Shown here piece after piece: positions 1 through 11,826 of a stretch of 64,000 bases of DNA. The DNA lies in the NCBI RefSeq assembly GCF_964204645.1, contig NC_134027.1, positions 4,806,485-4,870,484 on the forward strand, in the 5' to 3' direction. The DNA comes from Tubulanus polymorphus (taxonomy: Eukaryota; Animalia; Nemertea). Every line of letters starts with the position of its first letter. Positions within the stretch are counted from its first letter, which is position 1. A model generated the notes under the pieces. The model was not told the DNA's origin. It saw only the letters and a list, made by a program, of their open reading frames with translations, and searched no databases. The translations under genes and the position numbers were made by a program.

Positions 1-3000
1 GAAACAGCTACAAAAACTGAGGAAGAAATAGATGAAGTTCGTAATGGCTACAGACCGGTATGTTCACACTGATATCCCCATTTATCCATCAAATACACAA
101 AAACGCAGGTGATAGTGATCCATGTATCTCTGAATTTTGTGTAGGTGGCTAAGCATGGCAGTATATTGTTCTTCACGATCTCAGATCTAGCGAATATAGA
201 CCCGATGTACCAGTATTCTCTCACCTGGTTCATCAATCTATATCTACAAGTAAGTTGTTCAATGAAAGTGGTCGAAAATAAAGACAGCGTAAATGTCTAG
301 TGACCTTAAAAAGTCAATGTTTATTCCAGTGAATAAGCTGTGTTAATACGTCATTTGCACGTAAATTTCATTCTTTGGTTTTCAGTCAATCATGAACAGC
401 GAGAAATCTGATGTACTGTGGGAGCGCATTGAGAATCTGAATGAACATTTTACATATAGCATTTATCAGAATGTTTGTCGATCATTGTTTGAAAAAGATA
501 AACTACTATTTTCATTTATACTGTGCATTGGAATTGCAAGGGGAGAGTAAGTTGAATGCTATTGACTTTTGTAGATCATGTTTAGCATTTCATTTTTCAT
601 ATATGAAGAAAAATTCAACTATTTTTACACATATACTCATTTCAGTGGTTGGGTTGATGATGACGAATGGAGGTTTTTACTAACTGGTGGCGTTGCCCTT
701 GAAAATCCATTTCCTAATCCAGCCAGTAGCTGGTTACCGGAAAAGTCATGGGCAGAAATTGTTCGAGCGTCTGAGCTTTCAGCTTTCCAGGGTTTCATGG
801 ATCATTTTCAGAAAAATGTTAGTATCCATTAGAAATACTTGACCTGAGTCAATGCCTGTTTTTTTTTAAAATAACTGACACAATTTTTCTCTTTAGTTGT
901 CAGAATGGAAACAGATTTATGAGCATCAAAGTCCGCAAACGGAAAAGTATCCAGAACCATGGGATGAACAACTTACAAGAATTCAAGAGCTCATTATTTT
1001 GCGGTGTATTCGTCCAGATAAGGTAGTTATCGAAAAACTAAATTGCGCATGAAAATTGATCGAAAATAAGACCGTAGACCATAGAATTATCAACGCAAAA
1101 TGTTCTTTTCAGATGGTACCAGCCATTCAGTCATTTATTGTTGAACGAATGGGTCAGAAATATATCGAACCACCAACATTTGACCTGTCATTAAGTTATG
1201 CAGACTCTAACTACTTTTCACCGCTGATTTTCGTCCTATCTCCGGGTGCAGATCCGCTTGCTAGTCTGTACAAGTTTGCCGAGGAAAAAGGTACCGTCTC
1301 CAGATTTTTGCATTTTAATTCATTCAAGAATGTCGTATATGTTCTCTGGCAGCAATCTAACTTAAATACATACTTTCTATATTGTTCATCTCATTATGGT
1401 ACGTGTATACAATATAGGCATAATTGAGCGTTCATTTGTATCGAGTCGTCATAGCTCCGTAGCAAAGGCAAAGACAACAACACTATCCAACAATCAAAAT
1501 GATGTGCAGAAAAATGTTATGCTTAAGAGAAGCTATTCACGAGCATGTATGTTTTAATATATCTTCACCGTATTCATCATATCTGTCTGGTGGCACACTT
1601 CAGATTATAGCTGTGAAATTCACTTCCATCCTGATTTTAATATCGATATGAAGGACCTTCTTACAGTATGGTAAATGATTGATGAAGACGCGATGACAGT
1701 TCAACCAATGTCAATCTACAAAAACATGTTAGAAACTGATTATTAGATGATGCTAATTTTGTATAATGATAATTTAAAGGATGATGTAATCATCATCGGA
1801 ACAAGTTTAGCATACAATTAAGGTCCTTTTTCGGTGATTATGAAAATGATTGGTAAATCAGGTCTTGATATATGGTAATATATTGCTGTTTGATTTGATG
1901 TCTGTAGATATTTGATTGATAAAACTCGATCTAAAATCCACCCGTTTTTTTCCACATCACGTACTGTGAATTTTCTTCGCTCACTGTGTTTTTCATTCCA
2001 CCTGTTTTTTATCACTTTATTATTATCGTCGTATATGAAAATACACATATAATTATGGTGACTGGTATCACATTGAAAATCGTACGAATCGCTTGTTCTT
2101 CTGTATTCAGTTTAAAACACGAAACATATTTTTCAAGAGATGACAATTTCGTCATTTTGTAAATCACCGATGTAACAATTTATTTTTAAGGTATGGGCCA
2201 AAGCAAATTACACACAATCTCACTTGGACAAGGGCAGGGACCAATCGCAGAAAAAATGATAATGAAAGTAAGTACAGCGAATATATTTTTGATATAGAAA
2301 ATACACACCTGACGATGATTTCTAGTGGAGTTCGTGTATTTTCATTTTAATTATTTATGAATATAATTGATTTTTCATCGTTTGAATTCTGTATATAATT
2401 TTTAAGCGTATTATCTGTTCTCCACATCAGAGTGTGGCTATTCTACCAAGGGACCGTAGAGCTGATGGATATTCAATCAAAACTAATGTTTCTGAAGAAA
2501 AGCGAAAATTATCACTACAATGGGGACCTCAGAGAAATCTATAAAATCTTTTTTATTGTAGCCTCATTATTCCTGTAGGCCCTATTTGCTTTTCAATTGT
2601 GAGAATGTATATATTTTAACAGGCCATTGAAGGAGGATCATGGGTTGTACTTCAAAACTGTCATCTCGCCCGATCTTGGTTGGGTGAATTAGAGCGAATT
2701 TGTGAAACTGTAAGTAACACGGTAGTCCCACTTTTATTCTTTATTTTAAGCCATGCTCGGTCTCTTTGTGGACGTATAATGTTGAGTCTATATCGTCCAT
2801 CGCCTCATGGTGCATTGTAACACGCGTGTGAGCTGCTATTGTCACTAGCACATTGTGTTTGGGAACACGAAGCTTGTGGCGACATCAGCGGTGACACTCA
2901 TTATTAGCGACACTGTCGAACATTTGCTTTGAAATATTGCATCTAAATTCGCATTTTTCTACTTCAATATAATATATTTACCTTAGTAAAATATATGGCA

Positions 3001-5764
3001 TTATAGAAAAAAATCAATTATGTCTCAATTTGTATTTGTCCTGCTCATAAAATCATTATTATTCTCATGATTACATAGATAGAGAATTCTAACAGCAATT
3101 CACCATTGTTTAAGCTATTAAATTGTCATATATATTCATACACGACCGACTTGTCTGTACTCTGGTTTCTCTTCAACCGCGTTTTAATCTTTCGCCTTTT
3201 ACTAAAGATTACCGTGGAGAGGAACAATCAATGAGTCTATAGACATATTTTTGAAGTCCTTCCTACCGGAAGGGCAACAAGCAAAACAAAGGTAAGAGCT
3301 AATCCTTGAAACATAAAGACAGTACTTGCTGTTTCAGATAATAACCGATCCTAACAGAACAAGAACAACATTCAGGCTGTGGTTAACGAGTTATCCATCA
3401 CCGGATTTCCCAGTATCTGTGCTACAGAATGGTGTAAAAATGACGAATGAACCTCCGAAGGGACTAAGAGCTAATCTTCTACGGTCGTATCTCAACGATC
3501 CCATTTCTGATCCAGTGTTTTTCAATTCGTGCAACAAACCCCACGTTTTCAAGAAACTGTTGTTTGGTTTATGTTTCTTCCACGCATTAGTACAGGAACG
3601 TCGGAAGTTTGGTCCACTTGGCTGGAATATCCCATATGAATTCAATGAATCTGATTTGAGAATCAGTGTGCGCCAATTGGAGGTATGTAACAGTTATCTA
3701 AATGGAAACCTAACAGTGTCCTATATTTCAGTATACTTCGATTTCTCCTTGAAAACATTAATCCTGATAAAATCTATTTTTCAATGCAGATGTTCATTAA
3801 CGACTACGATCAGCCACCACTGGAAGCATTGACATATTTAACAGGAGAATGTAACTATGGCGGTCGTGTGACTGATGATTGGGATCGACGTCTCATAATA
3901 AGTATTTTGGAAACATTTTACTGCCCGGCAATCATTGATCAGTCACAGTACAGATTTTCGCCTAGTGGCAATTATTATGCTCCTGATGATAGTGACTATG
4001 ACAGCTATCTCGACTATATACGAAGTCTTCCATTATTTCCACATCCTGAGGTAAGATATCCTATTCGTGTTTGATATTCGTGTGTTTTGTCTTTACTGCT
4101 GATGCTTAATACTTGTGTACATTAACGTTTTGATTCAGGTGTTTGGCTTACATGAAAATGCAGATATCAAGAAAGATCAACAGGAAACTCAGCAATTATT
4201 TGATGAAATACTCTTAACTCTTCCCAGACAGGTACAAAATGATTAACTTGATAAACAAAAGTATCTTGAAAATGTGGCAATGATTAATATTTCAGGTTAG
4301 ATAATTTTTTGAGAATAACAATAGTTTCTGTAATATTTGTAGTCAACTGGAGGGGGACGGTCCTCTCAACAAGTGATTGAAGAACTGGCTGGAGATATAC
4401 TCTCTAAGATACCGATCAACTTCAATTTAGAAGAAGTACAGGTATGAAATTGATATAAATATTTCCATAATCCTTTCCATCGGATTCAGGGATTTGGAAT
4501 TAAAATGAAAAATTGCATGTCGTTTAAGGGAAAATATCCAGTGAAATATGAAGAATCTATGAACACAGTACTAGTGCAGGAGTTGATACGTTTCAATGGT
4601 TTGATCACAGTCATTAGACAGAGTCTTAAGGATATCCAGAAAGCCATTAAAGGTTTAGTGGTGATGTCTGCTGAATTGGAAGATGTGTTTGACAGTATGA
4701 TAGTTGGAAAGGTAGAAAGATTTTATGTACATAGAAATAGAACAGAGATCAGCGATGTTATGGCTATACTATAGTAAACATTTTATTATAGGTTCCAGCG
4801 ATGTGGGCTTCCAAATCCTACCCATCTTTGAAACCATTAGGCAGTTATATTGCTGATTTATTGGCGAGATTGCAGTTTCTGAAGGTGAGTCTCGGCATAT
4901 GTGAATGGAACACTGGATATATCTTTTATTTTCTGGACTTATTTTGTCGCTTTTTTAGGACTGGATATTTTCTGGGCCACCGCCAGTGTTCTGGATTTCT
5001 GGGTTTTATTTCACTCAGTCATTCCTAACTGGTGTTACACAGAATTACGCTCGGAAAATGAAGATACCGATCGACCACCTTGGATTTGAATTCGACGTGA
5101 CGTCATCGGAATCAACCATTGCCAGCAAACCTGTGAGTTTATTTCATACAATCATCCAGAATCAATCTTACGTGACTGTTAAACAAAATATTGTATGAAT
5201 GTTTTTCAGACTAATGGTGCTTATATTCGCGGGTTGTTTATAGAGGGAGCAAGATGGAATCGTGAGAGTAAAGTGTTAGCTGAATCGAGCCAGCGTGTGC
5301 TATTTGACACTATGCCTGTCGTATCCTTTCTCTCAATTACTATTTTACATATCTTAATAATATATCAAGTTTGTACGAGTTAATTCTATGAATGATTCAT
5401 ATTGCCATTTGAGAATTTTACAAGTGCTTTTGGTCATTGATTACACATACTCCTTGACGAGTATGTCAGATCTGGTTGAAACCTGGAGAAATTTCAAAGT
5501 TTCCCGAAAGAAAAACTTACAAATGTCCCGGTAAGTACATGACTCATCGTATCAATAGATTAAATACGATCTTTTGTCGTAATATGAATCGAAATTTGTA
5601 ATTTATTCGTCATTTCAGTGTACAAGACAAGTGCAAGACGTGGCATCCTATCAACTACTGGTCATTCTACAAACTATGTACTGGCTATAGACCTGCCAAC
5701 TGATCAATCTGAGAGTCATTGGATAAATAGAGGAGTAGCGTTACTCTGTCAGCTCGATGATTAA
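1..5764 (+). CDS. DNAH3: Axonemal dynein heavy chain, 3' part (AAA6 and C-terminal domain); multi-exon, 5'-truncated by the window edge
   Basis: Spliced peptides include [120 protein letters not shown] and [35 protein letters not shown]. Stop TAA at 5762-5764, AATAAA signals at about 5884-5930. The [12 protein letters not shown] and [12 protein letters not shown] wording fits DNAH3 better than DNAH7/12 from recall. Confidence 0.9.
2300..2450 (+). mobile_element. Decayed Penelope-like repeat fragment in a dynein intron
   Basis: ACAC-CTGACGA-TGATTTC...GTGT at 2305-2337 (GAAAC half lost). Downstream TATCTGTTCTCCACATCAGAGTGTGGCTAT resembles TATCCGTTCACCACGTTTGAGTGTGGTTAT at about 41125-41155. 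Confidence 0.5.
5321..5469 (+). other. U12-type (minor spliceosome) GT-AG intron
   Basis: 5' splice site GTATCCTTT; branch point TCCTTGAC at 5451-5458, ending 9 nt before the AG at 5468-5469; no polypyrimidine tract. Splicing restores ...FDTMPV|IWLKPGE. Confidence 0.9.
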
Positions 5765-6794
5765 CTGTGGCAGACCTGTTTAAAATACATTTTCTGATTA
5801 GTTAAATGTCTGTAGAATACTTCGATCATCAGTTTTACATTCAACCAGTACAACGTGCCCAGTCCAACATCACAATATGAGCCAATAAATGATTTACTAA
5901 TAACCCAATAAATGTTTTAAGGCGCAATAAATGTTTCAGATAAGTGCCACAGAGTGCCTTTATTCATGTTCATTATGTTATACATTTTTATATCAATTTC
6001 ATTTAGAGCTATCTACGTTTTATGATTCTAGTCTATCGGTTAGATAATTATTGTTACAATACACGGCGTATTCTTATTTTACTTCATCTAAACGTTTTGT
6101 TATACTTCGTATTTTATTATATGTATTGATTCTTCTGTGACTTGAGAAATTCTGTGATTAATTGTATTATACCTGTATTCATTGTTATGCTGCCTGTGAT
6201 AATTTTCTTGTTGTTTAATAAGAGTATTAAATTACTTTTTATTCCGTCCATTTCTTTCCTCTTGTGCTTAGACATTCCCAGATGACAAGAAACGATTGAA
6301 GTTTAAAATGAAAAATTCAAGATTATTTTTTTATAAAATAAAAACTGCAGCACTTATCATAGTATATATAAATTGTACATCTATGTATTCTTATAAAACA
6401 CTTTATATACAACTATTATCAATTAAGTAATTTTCTGTTGAACCAGAATGATTTTGTACTTAATTTAGATGTTGAAATAAATAAAAGCTAAAGTTAACTT
6501 ATAATTGTTGATTATTCACGATTGTTTTTTTTTTCGATATCAAAGATGGTCAGTTATATTGCCAAAGGATATTGATCAAATTAGACATTTCGAGTAACTT
6601 AAAGTAACGGTTATTTCTTCATTCATCTCGATCTAATGTATGGAGCTATAGACTAAAACAAAGCTACGGTGGCTGAGCAAAATACCACGATGATAAGGAC
6701 AAGCGTCGTGCAATTCTATTTTCTAGTCAGCGAATTCACACGCAACTGGCCGTTATCTCTAAAAAAAACGAGTAAAAAACTATTGTTTATCGCG

Positions 6795-6808
6795 GTTGCT
6801 GTAACAAC
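6795..6808. promoter_or_regulatory. RFX X-box-like element near the probable promoter of the 8933-10840 gene
   Basis: GTTGCTGTAACAAC in a CpG-richer stretch, followed by a candidate donor GTAAAT at about 6957. A second X-box-like site GGTGCCATGACAAC lies at 10038-10051. Confidence 0.4.
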
Positions 6809-8932
6809 TGATACTTCACGTGAAGCAAATACAGATAACTGTTTCCGCAACAAACATTACTCGGCATCGATTCAGTCATCAGACAGACACTCGAGACACG
6901 ACTGAAGTAATATACAGTAACAACGGGCCGCAAATTCTTGTAATCAATAATCTGCGGTAAATGTAGTGGAAAATTGCTTTAGACGCAGAGGACATTTCTC
7001 TTATCTTGAGTTGTTTGATAACGTATACAGTTTATTCATTTGAAAATTACGGTATATATTTCAAACGTTTGGACTCCCGCGTCGACAGTGAATTTCAGTA
7101 AAGTTTTGATACCGTCTGCTCGTCGCAGTACGTCACCCTTGGCGACACCGAAGTCACGTGGTACGGTTATATCAACAGTACTGCGCAATGCCAGCACCTG
7201 TTTCGATATCTCAATTAAATACAGGTTTTACGTGAAAGTGGGACGACTCTTTTCGCACAAACGTTGGAAGTATATATCATAACAAAGTACGACAGGTGTA
7301 CATAGCGAGGAATATTAACTAAACATTAGTGGTAGGTTCCGTAATGCAAATATTTATATATAAATAATAATAATTATATATAATCAAAAACTTTCTAAAC
7401 ATCCGTCCAAATTACACCTAATCGTACTGTAATGATAGACATTTTTGTAGTCACGGTACAAATCATTTTACGTGTGGTTTTTTTACGTATATACGTATAT
7501 ATCGATAGTAATCAATGTGATTGTTTTGTCTACAAGACTAGAACTCTTTTACATGGGAAACTTTCATACACATTTCTTTATCTCTTACGTAATAGATATG
7601 ATGAACTTCATGTATATCTCTACCGACATACGATGCTCTAGGCAAATAATGTAGAGAGCAATTCATTTTTTTTTTGCTTAAAGGTCTCCAAGCATTTTCA
7701 ATTCATCATTAAATCCATTAAGCCGGTTTGGCCATTCAGTATTTTTTAAAGGAAATGGCAAATGAATGTCAGGAAAATTAATTTGAATGAAGTTATATCA
7801 ATGATAAAAATGCAGATTTTGTAACTTGATTGGATATACCGTAATATATCTCCAAGCAAAGGCTATTCATAAGATTATGAATAATCAGCTTGTCTATGCT
7901 ATATTATATTGACTTGCAAAAATTACAAGTCTATAAATGAACGCATGAAGGAAATTTCGTTCGTACCAAGATATTATATTTTCTTAAACAAAAGCGCAGT
8001 GGTTTTCACCTTGTAGCGAATAGTTCACGTAAATCCTAAATATTTGCTAATCCGACCGTGTGTATTTGCTATACGCAGACCCTTACAAATCATTATCAAA
8101 CTGTTATGAGATTAATAAATTCTAGCCTGCTGTATGTATATGTATAGTAACTGGTTACTGTGACAATTGCGGTCATCATCAAAAGTACATTTCAAACATT
8201 GAAATAATTGTTCATCTTTGCTGCAAACATTTATGCTGAATAAATGCCGCATTGTGTGGCATTGACATCGAAAAATATTTGAAATTGTATAATCCTACAA
8301 CGAATAAGTCAAAATGCAATAGAAATATACAACTCACGTCAATAAAATTATATTTTGGGAGCATTTGAAAAAAAAGTCTTACGTTGAAAGAGACGTACGT
8401 ATATAATTGGTTCTTCGTTGGTCGCGCGTTGAGTTTTAGTTTGTCGCCCGAATTACTCTTTTAATTAATAATTTCTTAGGATTCATTGATCGAATGCTCC
8501 CGAATGAATGGGATTGTTTATAACAGGTTCGATCGATTCACTACTTCAATCGTCGTCAACGTACACAATCAAAAACAAAACAATGGATTTCACTATAACT
8601 TCTAATACGCGCCTGAGTGAGGAATGCGAAATTATGCGCTGAAACATATCTAGATCTCCCTCTATATTAACAACGAGTGGGAATATTATGTAATCTATTT
8701 TCAAATTTAATCTAATGTGACTGACTGAAGTAGTATTGAAGACAAACTTCAATCTCCATAAATTAGCGACGATCAACGTTATATCGTAGAACTGAAGATA
8801 TTTACAATGGCGAACTGACGGTTTGGATATTGATGATCAGGGAAATATAGTCTAGTTTCCTGAGTGATCTTTCATTTAATTTAAGAGATAATCTTCTATC
8901 ATGCTCATTTTCTCGCAGGATCTGGTGGCGAT

Positions 8933-10840
8933 ATGAGTACTGCCATGTCCAGCACCACGACATTGCCGCAGTTATCGCGTCGGGCACCGAAGAGCACGGC
9001 AACATGTGGACCAATCATGCAAGTAGTGCCTCTACCCCGAAAAAGTGTCACCCCCACGTACGTACGGACGCTTCAGAGCGTCCAAGTGCCACATCTTTAT
9101 GACACATTCCCTCAGCGGATTATAACAAGCATCGATTCCTCAGATTTCCGTCGCTTGCCGAATCGAGTGAACCCCCTGAGACCGCGCCTTCCCCAACGCC
9201 GAACAGCCATGATGGAAACCGTGGAACCCGCCTGGGAAAATCAGAAGAGGAGCGACGTCATGCAACGTATGAACTATGTGAGATACCACGCGGCTTATTC
9301 GAAATACCCGTACGGAAGTCCAGCAGATAAGGAACTATATAGGTAAGCATTACTAACAGTCGTTGGTTCATCATCATTTAAGCCATGCCGTTGGATTATT
9401 ACTGTGCTTTCATATCATTTGAACAACACTTTTTCGTTTGCATGTTTAGAATTCATAGTATGTAATGAGTGTGCAATTTTCGTATCGGCGACTAATTTTT
9501 GTTGTAATATTCTGTAATACACTCATCAATATATTTCTAATACCTGAAACTCAATGGCGCAGTAGGGCTCCTCTTTTTAACGCACCGAATATAGAACTCT
9601 CTTTCATTGTATCATGATAAAAAAATCGCGTGGCCGAAATCTGACGAGTTTTGCAAAGGAAGTCTTTTATACAAACACCCAATAGATCCAATCATACATA
9701 ATACAAACGTTGGTGATCTACGTGTATAAGACTGGAGTAATCCTATTCATGTTAATAAAATTGCCACCCTCGAATCTTTTTAATGGTGCCTTTGATGAGA
9801 ACTGTGATTTTTGACTTGTTGCAATATCGAGAGGAAAATATAATATTTATCGTAAAGTTCTACATAACAAATTATAATGGAGCTTTCGTATCGCGGCGTA
9901 TGAAATTTCGATGTGAATGGCTTAGGATTCCACATGATCGCCAAATATGCAGAATTTATTGATTGGAGCAGAGGCTTTGTGTGATATAACAACCAGTTGC
10001 ATTGTAAATGAGAGTTAATCAAGATCAATCACAACTTGGTGCCATGACAACCATATAATTGATGACCAATTTCATCAATCAGATTAACTTTTAGCGCCAA
10101 AGCCTGCTTTATGGTGCAACCAGGATGAGAGCCGAATTATAATACACGCATTCAACAAAAAATATGAACTATAGATATCGCTTTAAAAAAAAACTTTGCA
10201 CGGACAATGATTGCTTTGGAATCAAACCCCATCGTGTAAAAACGTAGCGTGTGGAGAACCCGGGCATCGATCCCGGTACCTCTCGCATGCTAAGCGAGCG
10301 CTCTACCATCTGAGCTAGTTCCCCGTGGCTTCAATGTGGTGTTGTAGTAGCAAACCATTCGTTACTTTCGTTACACCGCCTACCTATTCGTCTTTATTTT
10401 AGGCGCGTGATACGTGAACATTTAAAGGACCAGATGGACGAGAGTAACTTCAGGTCGGCATCAGAATTCGGCAATAAATCTATAGAAAGTGTTATAGCCT
10501 TACAACAAGATCGTCAACAACTGATGGAGGATTCTCAAAAATACTTCGATCATTACAACTCAATGAAAGCGTATAGAGACGAAAATAAAAAGGTATTTCA
10601 TAAACAGACAATTTTTCTTTTGTTATAATATATTTTAGACCCAGTGGCCAATACCGATAAACGTTAATTTAAGATCACGGTGATTAAGCAACTATTGTCG
10701 ATGATTCAATGTAAACTGTTTGTTTCTAGATGATGGAAGCACGCTGGGAAAAAGAACGCCTGGAAAGAACAGATACTTTACGAAAAGAACGTGAACTTTT
10801 GAGGTACACGCCCATCAACTGGAGTAAGACATTGAAATAA
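8933..10840 (+). CDS. Uncharacterised protein, 236 aa, 3 coding exons (8933-9342, 10403-10592, 10730-10840)
   Basis: Acceptor TTTTCTCGCAG just before the ATG; canonical GT/AG joins keep frame (711 nt). Pro/Arg-rich N-terminal half, coiled-coil-like C-terminal half ending RKERELLRYTPINWSKTLK*. Confidence 0.8.
10252..10324 (-). tRNA. tRNA-Ala, anticodon AGC
   Basis: Reverse complement GGGGAACTAGCTCAGATGGTAGAGCGCTCGCTTAGCATGCGAGAGGTACCGGGATCGATGCCCGGGTTCTCCA, 73 nt, full cloverleaf with G3:U70. T5 Pol III terminator at 10238-10242. Confidence 0.97.
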
Positions 10841-11826
10841 AGCAGGCTGACATCTTTCTGGTGTATTAGCCTACCATATTTAGAAATGGCCGGACCATCG
10901 CATGAATGTCAAACGGATCCACTCAAAATGTCCTTTTTATAAATAATTTATTTGAATAGTTCATTTTTTCGTTCGTTGGATGTTTATTTTTATAGCACGC
11001 TATAGTGAAAATAGTCTAATTAATGTTTGACAATCATCGACCATCATCATCTGAATGTACGCCGTATGTAGTTTAAATGTACGCCGAGTGTCAAATAAAC
11101 ATCGAAGTGCCTTTCTAAATAAAGCTTGCAAATATAGTTTGAAATATAGTTTAAAAAGAACGGTCATCTGTAACTATTTAACTATATTTAAATATTAGAT
11201 GGAATGGAGTTTTGTTCAAACCATCTATTCTCAATCCAGCATAGCGGTCAGCTTGTGCCAAATAGGATCTCCATTTTAGTCTAGCATGTAGCCTAGACAC
11301 ATTTTTCGGTTGAGTGAGTGCGCTATTTCGAAGAATTCACTCTCGTTGGAGATGATTCATGTTATCTCTCATTTCTAGAAGGAATCGAAATCTTCCTTTA
11401 ATACTGCTTGTTTGTATTGCATAATTTATCCTCCGCTTTTAGGGAAATGTATAAAGCATCTGTCTGTGATAAAATATTTTGGATCGAAAATGTAAAAAGT
11501 CGTGTATTTTGTGTTTAATATGTCATAATAAACTGAATCAACAAAATCTATGTGAAGCTTTTTTATGTAGAGGAAATTAAGGGTAGCGCGAAGAACGTCT
11601 GTGATAGAAACGACCGTCAGATTTGTGGATCGATTGGGATCGCATCTGGTTGTAGGCTATCATTTCTGAAATTCGACAAGAATATTCGCGCAAAACTCAC
11701 TGGCATGTGAGTGTCAGATCTATGGACGTATTTTACTTATCTAATCTCAAGGCATCTCAAGGTCGTGTGGTAACCCGGAAATTGATTGAGTTGACATTTT
11801 GGCTTTACATTTCTAGTTTTTCGACC

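Noticed and set aside
1291-2190. Nested gene or extra exons in the 900-bp dynein intron (ORF 1818-2048)
   Set aside because: Flanking exons join in frame (EEK|GMGQSK) matching the dynein consensus, and no recognisable product or consistent splice chain was found.
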